Positions 19,143 to 28,795 of a DNA stretch of 64,000 nucleotides are shown here, one piece after another (positions within the stretch are counted from its first letter, which is position 1; each line of letters opens with the position of its first letter). Source of the stretch: an uncultured bacterium (lineage in GTDB: Bacteria; Oederibacteriota; JAAXVQ01; JAUVAV01). Position numbers and translations under genes: made by a program. The stretch lies in assembly GCA_963710755.1 (NCBI GenBank), contig CAVQBK010000003.1, forward strand, positions 128,001 through 192,000, read 5' to 3'. The notes beneath the pieces are model-generated. The model was not told the DNA's origin. It worked only from the letters and a program-made list of their open reading frames with translations, and did no database searches.

Positions 19143-22100
19143 CTATTTCTTTTTTGAAAAAACATATTCCATGGTGGTTTCTTTTTTCATCAGTTTGGCC
19201 AGCCGAACCTTAACATTGTGCACAATCGCCATGAAGCTGGGAATGATAAAGAGCGTAACCACCGTGGCAAACGTCAGCCCCCATGCAAATACCAGGGCCA
19301 TGGGCGCGATCATCGGCTCGCTGCCGCCAAACCAGCCATAGGCCAGGGGAAACAACCCCACGGCTGTGGTGCTGGTGGTAAGTATAACCGGCCGCAGTCT
19401 GGATTTGGCCCCTTCCACAATGGCCGCTTCCATACTCAGGCCTTGGGCCACCAGACCATTGATGAACGAGACCATGATCAGGGAGTCATTTACCACCACA
19501 CCGGTAAGACCCACGAACCCCATAAAGGCCATGAAGGAAATAGGCATATGGTGAAAATAGAGCGTAAGCATGACCCCGATAAACCCAAAGGGAATGGCCA
19601 GCATAATGATAAGCGGTTGAATCAACGAATCAAACAACGTGGCCAGAATAATGAAGATCAGTAAAAAAGCCACGATGAAGGCTTTGCCCAAGTCCCGGAA
19701 GCCTTCCATCATTTCTTTTTGTTCGCCGCCCACTTCAAAGTCAATGGCACTGAATTTTTTACGGAAGGTTTTTAAAATGCCTTCTATCTTAAGGTTGACC
19801 GCATTGGTATTGGTCTTGAGTTGATCAATAGCGCCTATAACCGAAATGCTTTTCATACCGTCCTTGTGCTTGAGCGTGGCAAAGGAAGTCCCCCGTTCCA
19901 CCCGTACGATCTGTTTAAGCGGAATTCGGTCGCCGTAGCGGTTGGGTACGTGCAGCTGCAGCAACTGATCCAAAGATTTAATGGATTTTTCATTCATACG
20001 GATCATGACATCCGTATTCTCGCCCAGCTTTTTGATGGTCTTAAGCTTGATGCCCGCTACGGCGGCACGCAACACCATACTGGCTTGGCTCAGATTAACG
20101 CCGGTAAGCATGGCTTTTTGCTCGTCGATAACCAGCTTGATCTCTTTTTTACCTTCATCAAAATCATTCTTGAGTTCCTTGACCGGTTTGAAGGTGGCCC
20201 GCGGTTGCCCTCTTTTAGGACGTCCTTTTTCCGGTATGGTGATGTTTTTAATAGCTGTCATCAAGGTTTGGGAAACCTTGGTCAAGGTGGCATAACTTTC
20301 CCCCGAGAGCTTGACATCTATGGCCGCGCCGGTGGAAGGGCCACCTTTGACAGCTTCAATATTTATATCCTCCACGCCTTGCGGCTTACCGATCCATTGG
20401 CGCAGCTGATTAATGATCTTATCGGCGTCCTTGGTCTTGCGCTGGTCTTCTATATGCAGCATTACGCTGAGTTGAGCCTTATTGGGAGCAAATTGAGGCG
20501 GACCGCTACGGTCTGCGATCAAGCCGACCGTACTGTTCACGACGTCCAGATCCCGTTTGTCCAGTTGCATGACTTTTTTTTCGATAGCTTTGACCACGGC
20601 CTCCGTATCGTCCACCGAGTAGTCCTTGTCGGTTTTAAGGGTGATGTTTATTTCCTGACGTTGGGCATCGGTAAAGATAAATCCGTTTTTCATTTCCAGC
20701 ACGGTCGCTGCGCCCATCAACCCCATAATCAGCAACGCAAACCACACCCGGTGACGTAACACGACTTGCAAGGCCCGGCCGTAACCATTGCGCAGTGCCG
20801 AGAACCAGTGTTCCGTGCGGTTTTCCGCCAGATGCTCTTTTTTAGGTTTGACAAAATCGGCCAGGTGCGACGGCAGGATAAAAAAGCATTCGATCAGGGA
20901 AGCGGTCAGGGCAATAATGATGACCTTGGGAATGGCCGATAAAAATTCGCCCATAATGCCGCCGATCAGCATCAACGGTAAAAACGCGGCGATGGTGGTG
21001 GAAACCGAAGCAATGACCGGCAGGAACATCTCCTTGGCGCCGTTTACAGCTGCTTCAAAAGGACTCATGCCCCGCTCCATATGGCTGTAAACATTTTCCC
21101 CCACCACAATGGCGTCATCCACCAGCATGCCCAGCACCAAAATATACCCGAGAATGGAAATCATGTTCAAATCAACGTGCAGTAATTTGGACATATAGAA
21201 GGCTGCGGCAAACGCCACGGGCATGCCCAGCGCCGTCATGACCGCTACGGACGGTCGCAACAGGATAATGAGCATAATGACAACCAGCAACCCGCCGAAG
21301 AGGCCGTTGGAATAAAGTACATCGAGACGGTTTTTCAGATAAATGGAAATATCATTGGAAAAGGCCACCTTGACCTTGGGGGGCAGGTTTTTTTTCGACG
21401 CCTTGACCAATTGCCGTATATCGCGAACCATCTTAATGCTGTCATAACCCTTTTGCTTTTGCACCTGCATGAGAATGGCCCGCGACCCCTGAGAGCGCAC
21501 ATAATAATCCTCATCCTTAAAGCCATTGGTGACCTCGGCTACATCCCGGACCCGCACATTATGACCCAGCTCATTGGAGCGGATGATGACTTTGTTGACT
21601 TCATCCACGTTTTCCATGGGCAATAACATGCGAATGGAATGTTCCTTGCCGTTAAAGACCTTATTGCCGGCGGGCATGGAAATGTCCCGGTCCTGAAGTA
21701 CGCTGATAAAATTCGACAGGGTTAACCCGTATTTATCCAGGCGGCTTTTATCGGCATCCACCCAGATGGCGCGGTCATAGTAGCCATTTTTGACCACATC
21801 CCCCACACCCTTGATCTTTTTAATTTTGTCTTCCAGGAATTTGGCGGTATCACGCAGCTGGTTGTAATTCTCGCCGCCAGAGACAGCCACATTAATCAAG
21901 GGGAAAAAATCGGTGGTGATTTCAAAGACAGTGGGATCTTCAGCATCGGCCGGGAGATCGGTCACTTTGTCCACTTCCGCTTTGACGTCGTCCAACACCG
22001 CCTTGGTATCCTTGACACTGGGTTCAAGCTCAATGCCGATCATGGACAGTCCTTCGCTGGTCCAGGAGGTAACCTCTTTGATATCCTTGACGTTGTCAAT

Positions 22101-22310
22101 GGCATTTTCCAAGGGAATGGTAATGAGATTTTCAATCTCCTCCGGTCCGGCTTGAGGGTAAGGCGTGGTGATGACCAGGTAACCGATTTTGATCTGTGGA
22201 AACACTTCTTTGGCGGAAGTGAAAAAAGTGTAGAGGCCGATTACGACCACAAACAACACCAACAGATTAACGAGAATGCTTTTTTTTGCAAAAAATCTTA
22301 TCAGGTCCAT
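19143..22310 (-). CDS. RND efflux permease (AcrB/AcrD/AcrF family)
   Basis: 1055 aa; 'GPEEIENLITIPLE', 'LGMLVDDAIVVGEN', 'GVVVNDSLIMV', 'RLRPVILTT'. Confidence 0.95.
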   Translation of the reverse strand: MDLIRFFAKKSILVNLLVLFVVVIGLYTFFTSAKEVFPQIKIGYLVITTPYPQAGPEEIENLITIPLENAIDNVKDIKEVTSWTSEGLSMIGIELEPSVKDTKAVLDDVKAEVDKVTDLPADAEDPTVFEITTDFFPLINVAVSGGENYNQLRDTAKFLEDKIKKIKGVGDVVKNGYYDRAIWVDADKSRLDKYGLTLSNFISVLQDRDISMPAGNKVFNGKEHSIRMLLPMENVDEVNKVIIRSNELGHNVRVRDVAEVTNGFKDEDYYVRSQGSRAILMQVQKQKGYDSIKMVRDIRQLVKASKKNLPPKVKVAFSNDISIYLKNRLDVLYSNGLFGGLLVVIMLIILLRPSVAVMTALGMPVAFAAAFYMSKLLHVDLNMISILGYILVLGMLVDDAIVVGENVYSHMERGMSPFEAAVNGAKEMFLPVIASVSTTIAAFLPLMLIGGIMGEFLSAIPKVIIIALTASLIECFFILPSHLADFVKPKKEHLAENRTEHWFSALRNGYGRALQVVLRHRVWFALLIMGLMGAATVLEMKNGFIFTDAQRQEINITLKTDKDYSVDDTEAVVKAIEKKVMQLDKRDLDVVNSTVGLIADRSGPPQFAPNKAQLSVMLHIEDQRKTKDADKIINQLRQWIGKPQGVEDINIEAVKGGPSTGAAIDVKLSGESYATLTKVSQTLMTAIKNITIPEKGRPKRGQPRATFKPVKELKNDFDEGKKEIKLVIDEQKAMLTGVNLSQASMVLRAAVAGIKLKTIKKLGENTDVMIRMNEKSIKSLDQLLQLHVPNRYGDRIPLKQIVRVERGTSFATLKHKDGMKSISVIGAIDQLKTNTNAVNLKIEGILKTFRKKFSAIDFEVGGEQKEMMEGFRDLGKAFIVAFLLIFIILATLFDSLIQPLIIMLAIPFGFIGVMLTLYFHHMPISFMAFMGFVGLTGVVVNDSLIMVSFINGLVAQGLSMEAAIVEGAKSRLRPVILTTSTTAVGLFPLAYGWFGGSEPMIAPMALVFAWGLTFATVVTLFIIPSFMAIVHNVKVRLAKLMKKETTMEYVFSKKK

Positions 22311-22314
22311 GATC

Positions 22315-23814
22315 TTACTCCTTGGTCAGGTCAGTGGCATAATGATCATAAGTGCCATTTAATTTATTCCAGTCATTGACGGCATTCATCCAGGCCACCT
22401 GGGCCGAAAGTTCTTCCCTGCGGGCGCCCTGATATTCATTCTGAGCGCCCAGTAATTCGCGGGTGGTGATGCGCCCCTGACCAAAATACTGTTTCTGAAT
22501 TTCTAAGGTTTTACCCAGCAAGTCACGGGCTTGGGAGGCCAGGTTAAACTTTTCCCGGGCTGCCATCATTTTTTTGTAGGCATAGCGAATGGTTAAGCGC
22601 AGGCTGTCTTTCAGTTGCGCCAAGGAGGCCTGGGCTTGGAGCAACTCATTGCTCTTGATAGCGCGGTCGCCCTGGGAGGTGCGGTTGGGCAGCGCCATGG
22701 AAAAATTGATTCCCACAGCATATTCCCCGTAGCGGTTGCTGAACATCTCGTCGTAACTGCTGCCCCAGCCTTCATCCACGCCTTCCAGACCGTATTTACC
22801 AAAAATACTGAGCGACGGCAGCGTGGCGTTGTCGGCGATTTTTTTGTTAAGCTCTTTCATGGTCACTTGCAGGCTGCGGACACGCAGGTCCGGTTGCTGA
22901 TGCACCAGCGCTTTTTCCTGGTCGGGACTCAAGGCAGGCGGCAGAACATACGCTTCAAATAAACCGGTGGGGGTAATTTCCAGAGAAGACCAGTGTTGTT
23001 GCGGATAGCCGGACTGCAGTAAAAAAGCTTCCTTAGCTTGGCTGACACCGTTAAGCAGGTCCCCCATGCCGGCTTGGGCCTTTAAAAGCGACGCGTGGGT
23101 TTGAAAAATATCCTTGTCTTCACGCAGGCCTATTTTCTTCAGGCGCACAGCCTGACGGTAGTAGTCCTCCATATCCTTCACGGTGGCCGCTTGAATAGTC
23201 AGCATGCCTTGCGCCTGATAGATGGACAGATAGGCGCTGGTCAGCGCCGCGATCTGGTTCACAACCTGTAGCTTCAGGCCTTCCCGGGCCATGGTGATGG
23301 ACACCGCGGCCAGCTCCAGGGCAATCTGATCGGGCCGCCCCCAAAAATCCTTGAGCAGGGGCTGGGTATAGGACAAGGCCAGGGTAGGATTGTAGGTTGG
23401 ATTCAAGGTGCCTGTCAGAAAAGTGGGATCCAGTCCGGGAATACCCAAGCCGGCCAAGTCAGGATAAAAAAGCTCGGTTTTCGAGGAATTCAGTTTCAGA
23501 CTGGCGGTACCGCCGAGCATGGTTTTTTCTGATAGTCCCAGGCTGTAAGCCATCACTTCTGTCTTATCCGGGGCTAATGGTGTGACTGCCTCGGTGCGGC
23601 TGCCGTTCAGATTGAGGCTGCCGTCCAGTTTAAAATCAAACATACCATAGGCTTGTTCCACCCGGGCCCGGGCAATATCCAGATCTTTACGGGCATTGAC
23701 GACCGTTGTGTTCTGCTGCAGGGCGGTTTCCCGGGCTTGCTCCAAGGTGAGGGGCGCTGCCCATAACATACCGGGCACTGTAATCAGCAGGGCTAGGCTT
23801 AACATTGGTTTCAT
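22315..23814 (-). CDS. TolC-family outer-membrane efflux protein
   Basis: Signal peptide, 'LTLEQARETALQQN', 'SYTQPLLK', two OEP-type repeats. Confidence 0.9.
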   Translation of the reverse strand: MKPMLSLALLITVPGMLWAAPLTLEQARETALQQNTTVVNARKDLDIARARVEQAYGMFDFKLDGSLNLNGSRTEAVTPLAPDKTEVMAYSLGLSEKTMLGGTASLKLNSSKTELFYPDLAGLGIPGLDPTFLTGTLNPTYNPTLALSYTQPLLKDFWGRPDQIALELAAVSITMAREGLKLQVVNQIAALTSAYLSIYQAQGMLTIQAATVKDMEDYYRQAVRLKKIGLREDKDIFQTHASLLKAQAGMGDLLNGVSQAKEAFLLQSGYPQQHWSSLEITPTGLFEAYVLPPALSPDQEKALVHQQPDLRVRSLQVTMKELNKKIADNATLPSLSIFGKYGLEGVDEGWGSSYDEMFSNRYGEYAVGINFSMALPNRTSQGDRAIKSNELLQAQASLAQLKDSLRLTIRYAYKKMMAAREKFNLASQARDLLGKTLEIQKQYFGQGRITTRELLGAQNEYQGARREELSAQVAWMNAVNDWNKLNGTYDHYATDLTKE

Positions 23815-23815
23815 T

Positions 23816-24286
23816 TCAGCGTATCCTTTCCATATTGGATTTTTCCAGCAAACGGGTGATGGTTTGAAAGGCTTTTAACATTTGTTCCTGCTCTTTATCA
23901 TTCAAGCCCTTGAGCAAACTGGCGGTCACGGTCTGAGCCAGTTTATATTTGGTTTCCAATAATCGTTCACCCTTGGCGGTCAGGGTTACCTGAACCACCC
24001 GCCGGTCTTGCCGGTCCTGAAGACGTTTCACCAATCCGCACTTGACCAGCCGCGTAATCATCTCGCTCATGGTGGGCATGGCGACCTGGTTGCAGGCCGC
24101 CAGGGTCCTCATGTTTGCCGGTCCTTTGTCGCGGATCATACCCAACACGGTGACTTGCGCCAGGGTGAGATGGTCCTTAAGCTGGAGGGCGGACCCCACC
24201 AGGCTGGACTGTACAGACTTGTGCAATAAATGCATCATGTCCAACAAATGAGCCGCCCGCCGGCCGGCGGGCTGGAGCATGGTCAC
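23816..24286 (-). CDS. MarR-family transcriptional regulator
   Basis: 'LTLAQVTVL...TMSEMITRLVKCGLVKR..DRQDRRVVQVTLTAKG'. Confidence 0.92.
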   Translation of the reverse strand: MTMLQPAGRRAAHLLDMMHLLHKSVQSSLVGSALQLKDHLTLAQVTVLGMIRDKGPANMRTLAACNQVAMPTMSEMITRLVKCGLVKRLQDRQDRRVVQVTLTAKGERLLETKYKLAQTVTASLLKGLNDKEQEQMLKAFQTITRLLEKSNMERIR

Positions 24287-24303
24287 TATTTCGTCCCCCT
24301 AAC

Positions 24304-24360
24304 AATTAGTGTACCTAAATAAATGGGCCTAAAAATAACACATGCGGGCAAGCCTGTCAA
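24304..24360 (-). promoter_or_regulatory. Promoter and candidate MarR operator for marR-tolC-RND
   Basis: Minus-strand TTGACA (24360-24355)-N17-TATTTT; palindrome TTAG-N5-CTAA at 24306-24318. Confidence 0.5.
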
Positions 24361-24403
24361 GAGTGGGTAATCGGGAAGAATAATGATTTGGTTAGTTTAC
24401 CAT

Positions 24404-25108
24404 TCAGGTCAAAGCAGGCGTCAGAGGTTGGTGCCGAGGGCCGGTCTCGAACCGGCACGAGCCTTTCGGTTCAGCGGATTTTAAGTCCGCTGCGTCTGCC
24501 AATTCCGCCACCCCGGCATAAGTCTGCTTGGTTAAGTCTGGCTGACGCGCTGCGTTTTGCTTACACCCTTGGCATTGCCAAGGGCCCTGATGGGTGTGTA
24601 AAAGCTCATGGATGAGCATTCCGATGGGATTGTTCCCAGTAACCAGATAATGGGCATAATGCATATGCAGGCATTTGACCCCTTCAAAATCGGCCAGACC
24701 ACCGATACCGCATTTTTCCATTTGCCCGGCCAGCGAACTGCCGCCTTTTCTCAGCTCCAGCATCTTTTGCGGGCCCAGCAAGGAACGGCGTATATAAATG
24801 TATTCCGAATGGGCGTCTTTTAAGCTCGCCTTAAGCTTTTCGTTGCTTTTAAACACAGCCTGCAGCCGGCTGATCAAGCCTTTATCCTCGATCCGGCTGA
24901 TACGTCTGACCGTTTCCGGACAGGTAAGCCAGAACACGGTGGGGAAAAAAGGCGCATCTTCTGCCGATTGCGGCAGGGGATGGTTTACTACTACCTGCGG
25001 TGAATGATTCCAGCAGCGGCTGGCCACGGCATGCAGATTGCGTGGCGGCCGGGCAATTTGGTGTTCTACAATGTGTTTGTCAGCAGGATTGATCGGTACC
25101 CAGTCCAT
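24404..25108 (-). CDS. DUF501-family protein; ORF extends through the tRNA-Leu gene
   Basis: 'QIARPPR', 'FPTVFWLTCP', 'ISRIE', 'GIGG...VKCLHMHYAHYLVTGNNPIG' motifs. Confidence 0.88.
   Translation of the reverse strand: MDWVPINPADKHIVEHQIARPPRNLHAVASRCWNHSPQVVVNHPLPQSAEDAPFFPTVFWLTCPETVRRISRIEDKGLISRLQAVFKSNEKLKASLKDAHSEYIYIRRSLLGPQKMLELRKGGSSLAGQMEKCGIGGLADFEGVKCLHMHYAHYLVTGNNPIGMLIHELLHTHQGPWQCQGCKQNAARQPDLTKQTYAGVAELADAADLKSAEPKGSCRFETGPRHQPLTPALT
24429..24517 (-). tRNA. tRNA-Leu (anticodon TAA), 89 nt, long variable arm, encoded CCA
   Basis: GCCGGGGTGGCGGAATTGGCAGACGCAGCGGACT-TAA-AATCCGCTGAACCGAAAGGCTCGTGCCGGTTCGAGACCGGCCCTCGGCACCA folds as a class II cloverleaf. Confidence 0.97.
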
Positions 25109-25256
25109 AATATCCCGTGCTTACCTGCGCACAGGTCCCCCTTGATCTTACTGTTGGCGGCGGAACCGACGTGCTGGCGTAGTCTTGGTGGTTGATCGGG
25201 TATACCATGCTTTTTCGGGACCGTCAACCCCATAATCCGTACGCCCGAGGCGTCGG

Positions 25257-25610
25257 TTAAGGTTTGTGTTCTCCCTCCCGGGCGGGCACGAAGCGGTAAA
25301 CCACCTCATCCGGTCGGACCATGCCCAGTTCCTCCCGGGCAATCCTCTCCACGGCTTTGGGATCAGATTTAAGCTGACTTATCTGAGTTTGTAATTTTTT
25401 GTTCTCTTGTTTTAGTTCGGCCAGACGGGCGGTCAGATGATCCTGTTCCCGGTACAAAGACATTACTTTGAAAATGCTTTTATCCCCAGCCAGGAGGACC
25501 AGTAATAACAGCAAAATGCTGCTCCCCATAATGATCCACCACCAGACCCTGCTGCTGCCGGGAACTTTGACTACATGATGATGCTGAACTGATGATGACC
25601 TGCTGCTCAC
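25257..25610 (-). CDS. ftsB: Septum formation initiator FtsB/DivIC
   Basis: Single TM helix, coiled coil, 'AVERIAREELGMVRPDEVVYRF'. Confidence 0.9.
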   Translation of the reverse strand: MSSRSSSVQHHHVVKVPGSSRVWWWIIMGSSILLLLLVLLAGDKSIFKVMSLYREQDHLTARLAELKQENKKLQTQISQLKSDPKAVERIAREELGMVRPDEVVYRFVPAREGEHKP

Positions 25611-25634
25611 GGTGATGGTTTCCCCCCGGGGTTG

Positions 25635-25674
25635 AAAAAAAAACCACTTTCAACCATAAGGTTGAAAGTGGTTT
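25635..25674 (-). terminator. Intrinsic terminator after the roadblock gene
   Basis: AAACCACTTTCAACC/GGTTGAAAGTGGTTT inverted repeat followed by a T-run on the minus strand. Confidence 0.85.
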
Positions 25675-25690
25675 AGTGATCCGCCGTTGA

Positions 25691-26050
25691 TTACGTCAAC
25701 CCTTTTTCCAGTTTGGGAATGGCTTTTTTAACTTCCAACCGTCCCCGTCCCAAATTTCCGTCCAAGTCCAAGGCAATGGCCACGAAGTAATCCGCGCTCA
25801 CGGTCATCATGATCATCATCGCTTTTTCCGTACTGATTAAAATTTCGCTGGTTTTGCCCAAACCAAAATTTTCCGAGGCTTTTTTGGCATTTTTAATGAT
25901 CGTGGCATATTCAGCGCCCACATCACTTATATTGAAGGCCCCTTTCATGGAGACCTGGTCAATAACAATGCCATCCGTACCCACCAGGCCGGCGCCTATA
26001 GCACCATCCACATTGTTCAGGATTTCATTAAGAACACTTTTAAAATCCAT
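25691..26050 (-). CDS. Roadblock/LC7 domain protein (MglB/MglC-like)
   Basis: Start set to ATG 26050; 'VDGAIGAGLVGTDGIVI...DGNLGRGRLEVKK'. Confidence 0.88.
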   Translation of the reverse strand: MDFKSVLNEILNNVDGAIGAGLVGTDGIVIDQVSMKGAFNISDVGAEYATIIKNAKKASENFGLGKTSEILISTEKAMMIMMTVSADYFVAIALDLDGNLGRGRLEVKKAIPKLEKGLT

Positions 26051-26162
26051 CGATGCTCCCGCTTCCAAACAGTTTCCAACAGCAATGGCTATTAAACCAT
26101 TGGTCGCCAACTTTTAAAAGATAAATTTCAAAAAACCTGGCTTTCCCCGGTCGATTATGGTT

Positions 26163-27506
26163 TTACTGACGCAGGGCTTTGACCACTTCATTCATGGCCA
26201 GACGCATTTTCCCCAGATTAATATTTTCATCAGCCAATACCAATAAAATTTTATTGCCCACTTTGCTGAAAATTATCTGCCCTTTTTCGCCGGTCACCAA
26301 AATTTGGTTGACTTGTTTGCCATAATCCATGGCTTGCACCGATTTTTCGGTCTTGCCAAAAATCAAGGTCACTGTTTCAGCAATTTCTTTTTCATCCTTA
26401 GGCAAATGATTAAAAATACTGGAAAGTACTTTGCCCTGCAAATCAAGCAGCATGCTGCCCAGGATGCCTTCAGTTTGCATCAGCCGTTCCAAGGCCGGAA
26501 TCTTCCCGGGTGCTGGGGCAGGCGCCGGACCCGAAACTGGTGCTGCCGCCGGTGCAGAGGATGGCGTTGGCTTAGGTGCCGGTACTGGTACTGGTTTCGC
26601 CTTGGGTTCCACGGTCCTCGGTGGTGCCGAGACAGGGGGCGCAACCGGAGGCACAGGTTTGGGATTCACAGGTGGTGCCTGCGGTTTGGGCGTCGCCACC
26701 GGCGGCGGCGGAGATGGTGGCGGTGGAACAGATTTTGGCGGACTGACTGTTTTTTCCGTTGTATCTTTCATGACCGAGAGGATGTCGTCAGAGGTAATTT
26801 TGTCATTGTCCCGGTCACGATATTCTTTTAAGCTGGCGTTGGCGTCAGGAGCCGGCTTGGCCGATTGGCCCACACCGGTCAGAGATTGCGCTTTTTGCAG
26901 TTCCAAATCTTTCAGGCGCTGCCGGACCACCAAATTTTCAGGATCAGCTTCCAGGATCAATTGATAAATTTTTATGGCATTATCAATATCTCCTTGCTTG
27001 CTCAGCTCTTCAGCTTTATTTAAATTTTGTTTCTTATCCGAGTCTTTGGGCCCGCTGGCCGTTGGCTTAGGCCCGTTATGCTGTCTGGCCAGTTCCAGGG
27101 CTCTATTCAGCATCTCTTGAGCAGTGGCATCTTCCGGATTAAGGGTTAATACTTTTTGATATTCCTTTATCGCATCAGCAAATTGATTTTGCTTCATGCA
27201 AATCTGGGCCAATAAAGAATGAGCCATTATATTGTTTACATCGGCTGCTGCCACTTTCCGAAATTCCTCGGCAGCTTCATCTAGCAATCCTTTTTCCATA
27301 AAAGAACGGCCCAATACCATACGGGCACTCATATAGGTTGGATGGTGTTTCAGTCCCTTTTGGCAGGTCTCGATGGCTTCATCAAGCATGCCGCTTTTCC
27401 TATAGGCCTCAGCCAAAGGAACAAATACCAGGGATTCTGGATTGGTATCTAATTTTCTAGTATATTCGTCAATCTCAGGCATTCCGAAATTGTCTCTTGG
27501 CATCAA
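26163..27506 (-). CDS. TPR protein with Pro-rich linker and C-terminal roadblock/LC7 domain
   Basis: 'NPESLVFVPLAEAYRKSG' TPRs, Pro/Ala-rich linker, 'EGILGSMLLDLQGKVL...NINLGKMRL'. Confidence 0.88.
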   Translation of the reverse strand: MMPRDNFGMPEIDEYTRKLDTNPESLVFVPLAEAYRKSGMLDEAIETCQKGLKHHPTYMSARMVLGRSFMEKGLLDEAAEEFRKVAAADVNNIMAHSLLAQICMKQNQFADAIKEYQKVLTLNPEDATAQEMLNRALELARQHNGPKPTASGPKDSDKKQNLNKAEELSKQGDIDNAIKIYQLILEADPENLVVRQRLKDLELQKAQSLTGVGQSAKPAPDANASLKEYRDRDNDKITSDDILSVMKDTTEKTVSPPKSVPPPPSPPPPVATPKPQAPPVNPKPVPPVAPPVSAPPRTVEPKAKPVPVPAPKPTPSSAPAAAPVSGPAPAPAPGKIPALERLMQTEGILGSMLLDLQGKVLSSIFNHLPKDEKEIAETVTLIFGKTEKSVQAMDYGKQVNQILVTGEKGQIIFSKVGNKILLVLADENINLGKMRLAMNEVVKALRQ

Positions 27507-27519
27507 TTATCCTCCGCCC

Positions 27520-28614
27520 TCAGGCACTTCCGAGAACGGATTTAAGTACCCGAAGTACAGGAAAAGGCGCAATTTTCTTGGAAATTCTAGCACGCCCTAT
27601 TTGGGGTGTCAATACAAAATTAAATTCGCCAGCGCTAGCTTTTTTGTCAGTTTTCATGATAGCTAAAATCTTGTTGATATCCTCATGTTCTCCAATTATC
27701 GGTAAACCGGCACGTTTAATTAATGCCTTTTGGGCTTCACTTTGATTATTATCCAATAGTTTCAATTCTACTGCCAGCTGCGCAGCAGCCGCCATGCCTA
27801 TGGCCACAGCTTCACCATGCAAATAGTGGTGATAATGATGATAGGTTTCCAGGGCATGGCCAAGGGTATGCCCATAATTAAGGATGGCTCTTAGGCCTTG
27901 CTCTTTTTCATCTTGCTCGACTACCTGAGCCTTAATAGCACAGGTTTTTTTGATAGCCCAGGCCAAGGTCGGGCTGTTTAACTTCAACAACTCATCAATT
28001 TTTCTTTCCAAAGCCGTAAAAAAGACACGATCGGCAATGATGGCGCTTTTAATCACTTCCGCCAAGCCCGATCGTAACTGGCGCAGGGGCAGGCTTTGCA
28101 GCACCTGGGGATCCGTAATCACCAGTCGAGGCTGCCAAAAAGAACCGATTAGGTTTTTTCCTAACTCATGGTTGACCGCCACTTTACCGCCCACCGAGGA
28201 ATCAACCTGGGCCAGTAAGGTGGTGGGAATCTGAATAAAATCAATGCCCCGCATATAAACCGAAGCTAAAAACCCTGCCAAATCACCAATCACGCCACCG
28301 CCCAGCGCGACAACAAAAGCTTGCCTGTCAGCACGGGCTTTGATTAATTGCCCGATCAAGTGTTCCACCACAGCGAGGGATTTAGTTTTTTCCCCTTCCG
28401 GCAAGGTTATAATTTTAGTCTGATAGCCGTTGCTTTTCAAACTGTGTTCCACTGCTTGGCCATAGAGACGCTTGATCCTGGGATGAGTAATGACAAACGC
28501 CTGTTTCCCGCGAACTCTTGACTTGATTAGAGGTCCAATCGAATTAATAATACCAGGTTGGATGATGATGGCATAATCGCGATGATCCCCAAATTGAACC
28601 ATCAGTTTTGACAT
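27520..28614 (-). CDS. aroB: 3-dehydroquinate synthase
   Basis: GEKTKS, LGGGVIGDLAGF, PTTLLAQVDSSVGGK, LNYGHTLGHALE, HGEAVAIGM. Confidence 0.97.
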   Translation of the reverse strand: MSKLMVQFGDHRDYAIIIQPGIINSIGPLIKSRVRGKQAFVITHPRIKRLYGQAVEHSLKSNGYQTKIITLPEGEKTKSLAVVEHLIGQLIKARADRQAFVVALGGGVIGDLAGFLASVYMRGIDFIQIPTTLLAQVDSSVGGKVAVNHELGKNLIGSFWQPRLVITDPQVLQSLPLRQLRSGLAEVIKSAIIADRVFFTALERKIDELLKLNSPTLAWAIKKTCAIKAQVVEQDEKEQGLRAILNYGHTLGHALETYHHYHHYLHGEAVAIGMAAAAQLAVELKLLDNNQSEAQKALIKRAGLPIIGEHEDINKILAIMKTDKKASAGEFNFVLTPQIGRARISKKIAPFPVLRVLKSVLGSA

Positions 28615-28705
28615 GGTCCCACCTTTTCTTTCATAATTATATGTGATCTGGGGCTTTATTGGTTAGCCACTATAACAAAAACCCCTATGACCGTCAAGCA
28701 AGCCC

Positions 28706-28734
28706 TTGACATCCAAGGATGGCAAGGTTATGAT
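28706..28734 (+). promoter_or_regulatory. Sigma70-type promoter
   Basis: TTGACA-N17-TATGAT upstream of the barrel gene. Confidence 0.7.
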
Positions 28735-28795
28735 CGCTTTATTCTCTTAAAAACAGGCCTTTTCCTTGGCCGTCAAACCGGAGGCTGCTGTCTTG

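Noticed and set aside
24429-26640. tRNA-Leu as an island attachment site (TGGTGCCGAG recurs near 26622)
   Set aside because: Only a 10-bp match inside a coding Pro-rich linker; no integrase and no longer att repeat seen
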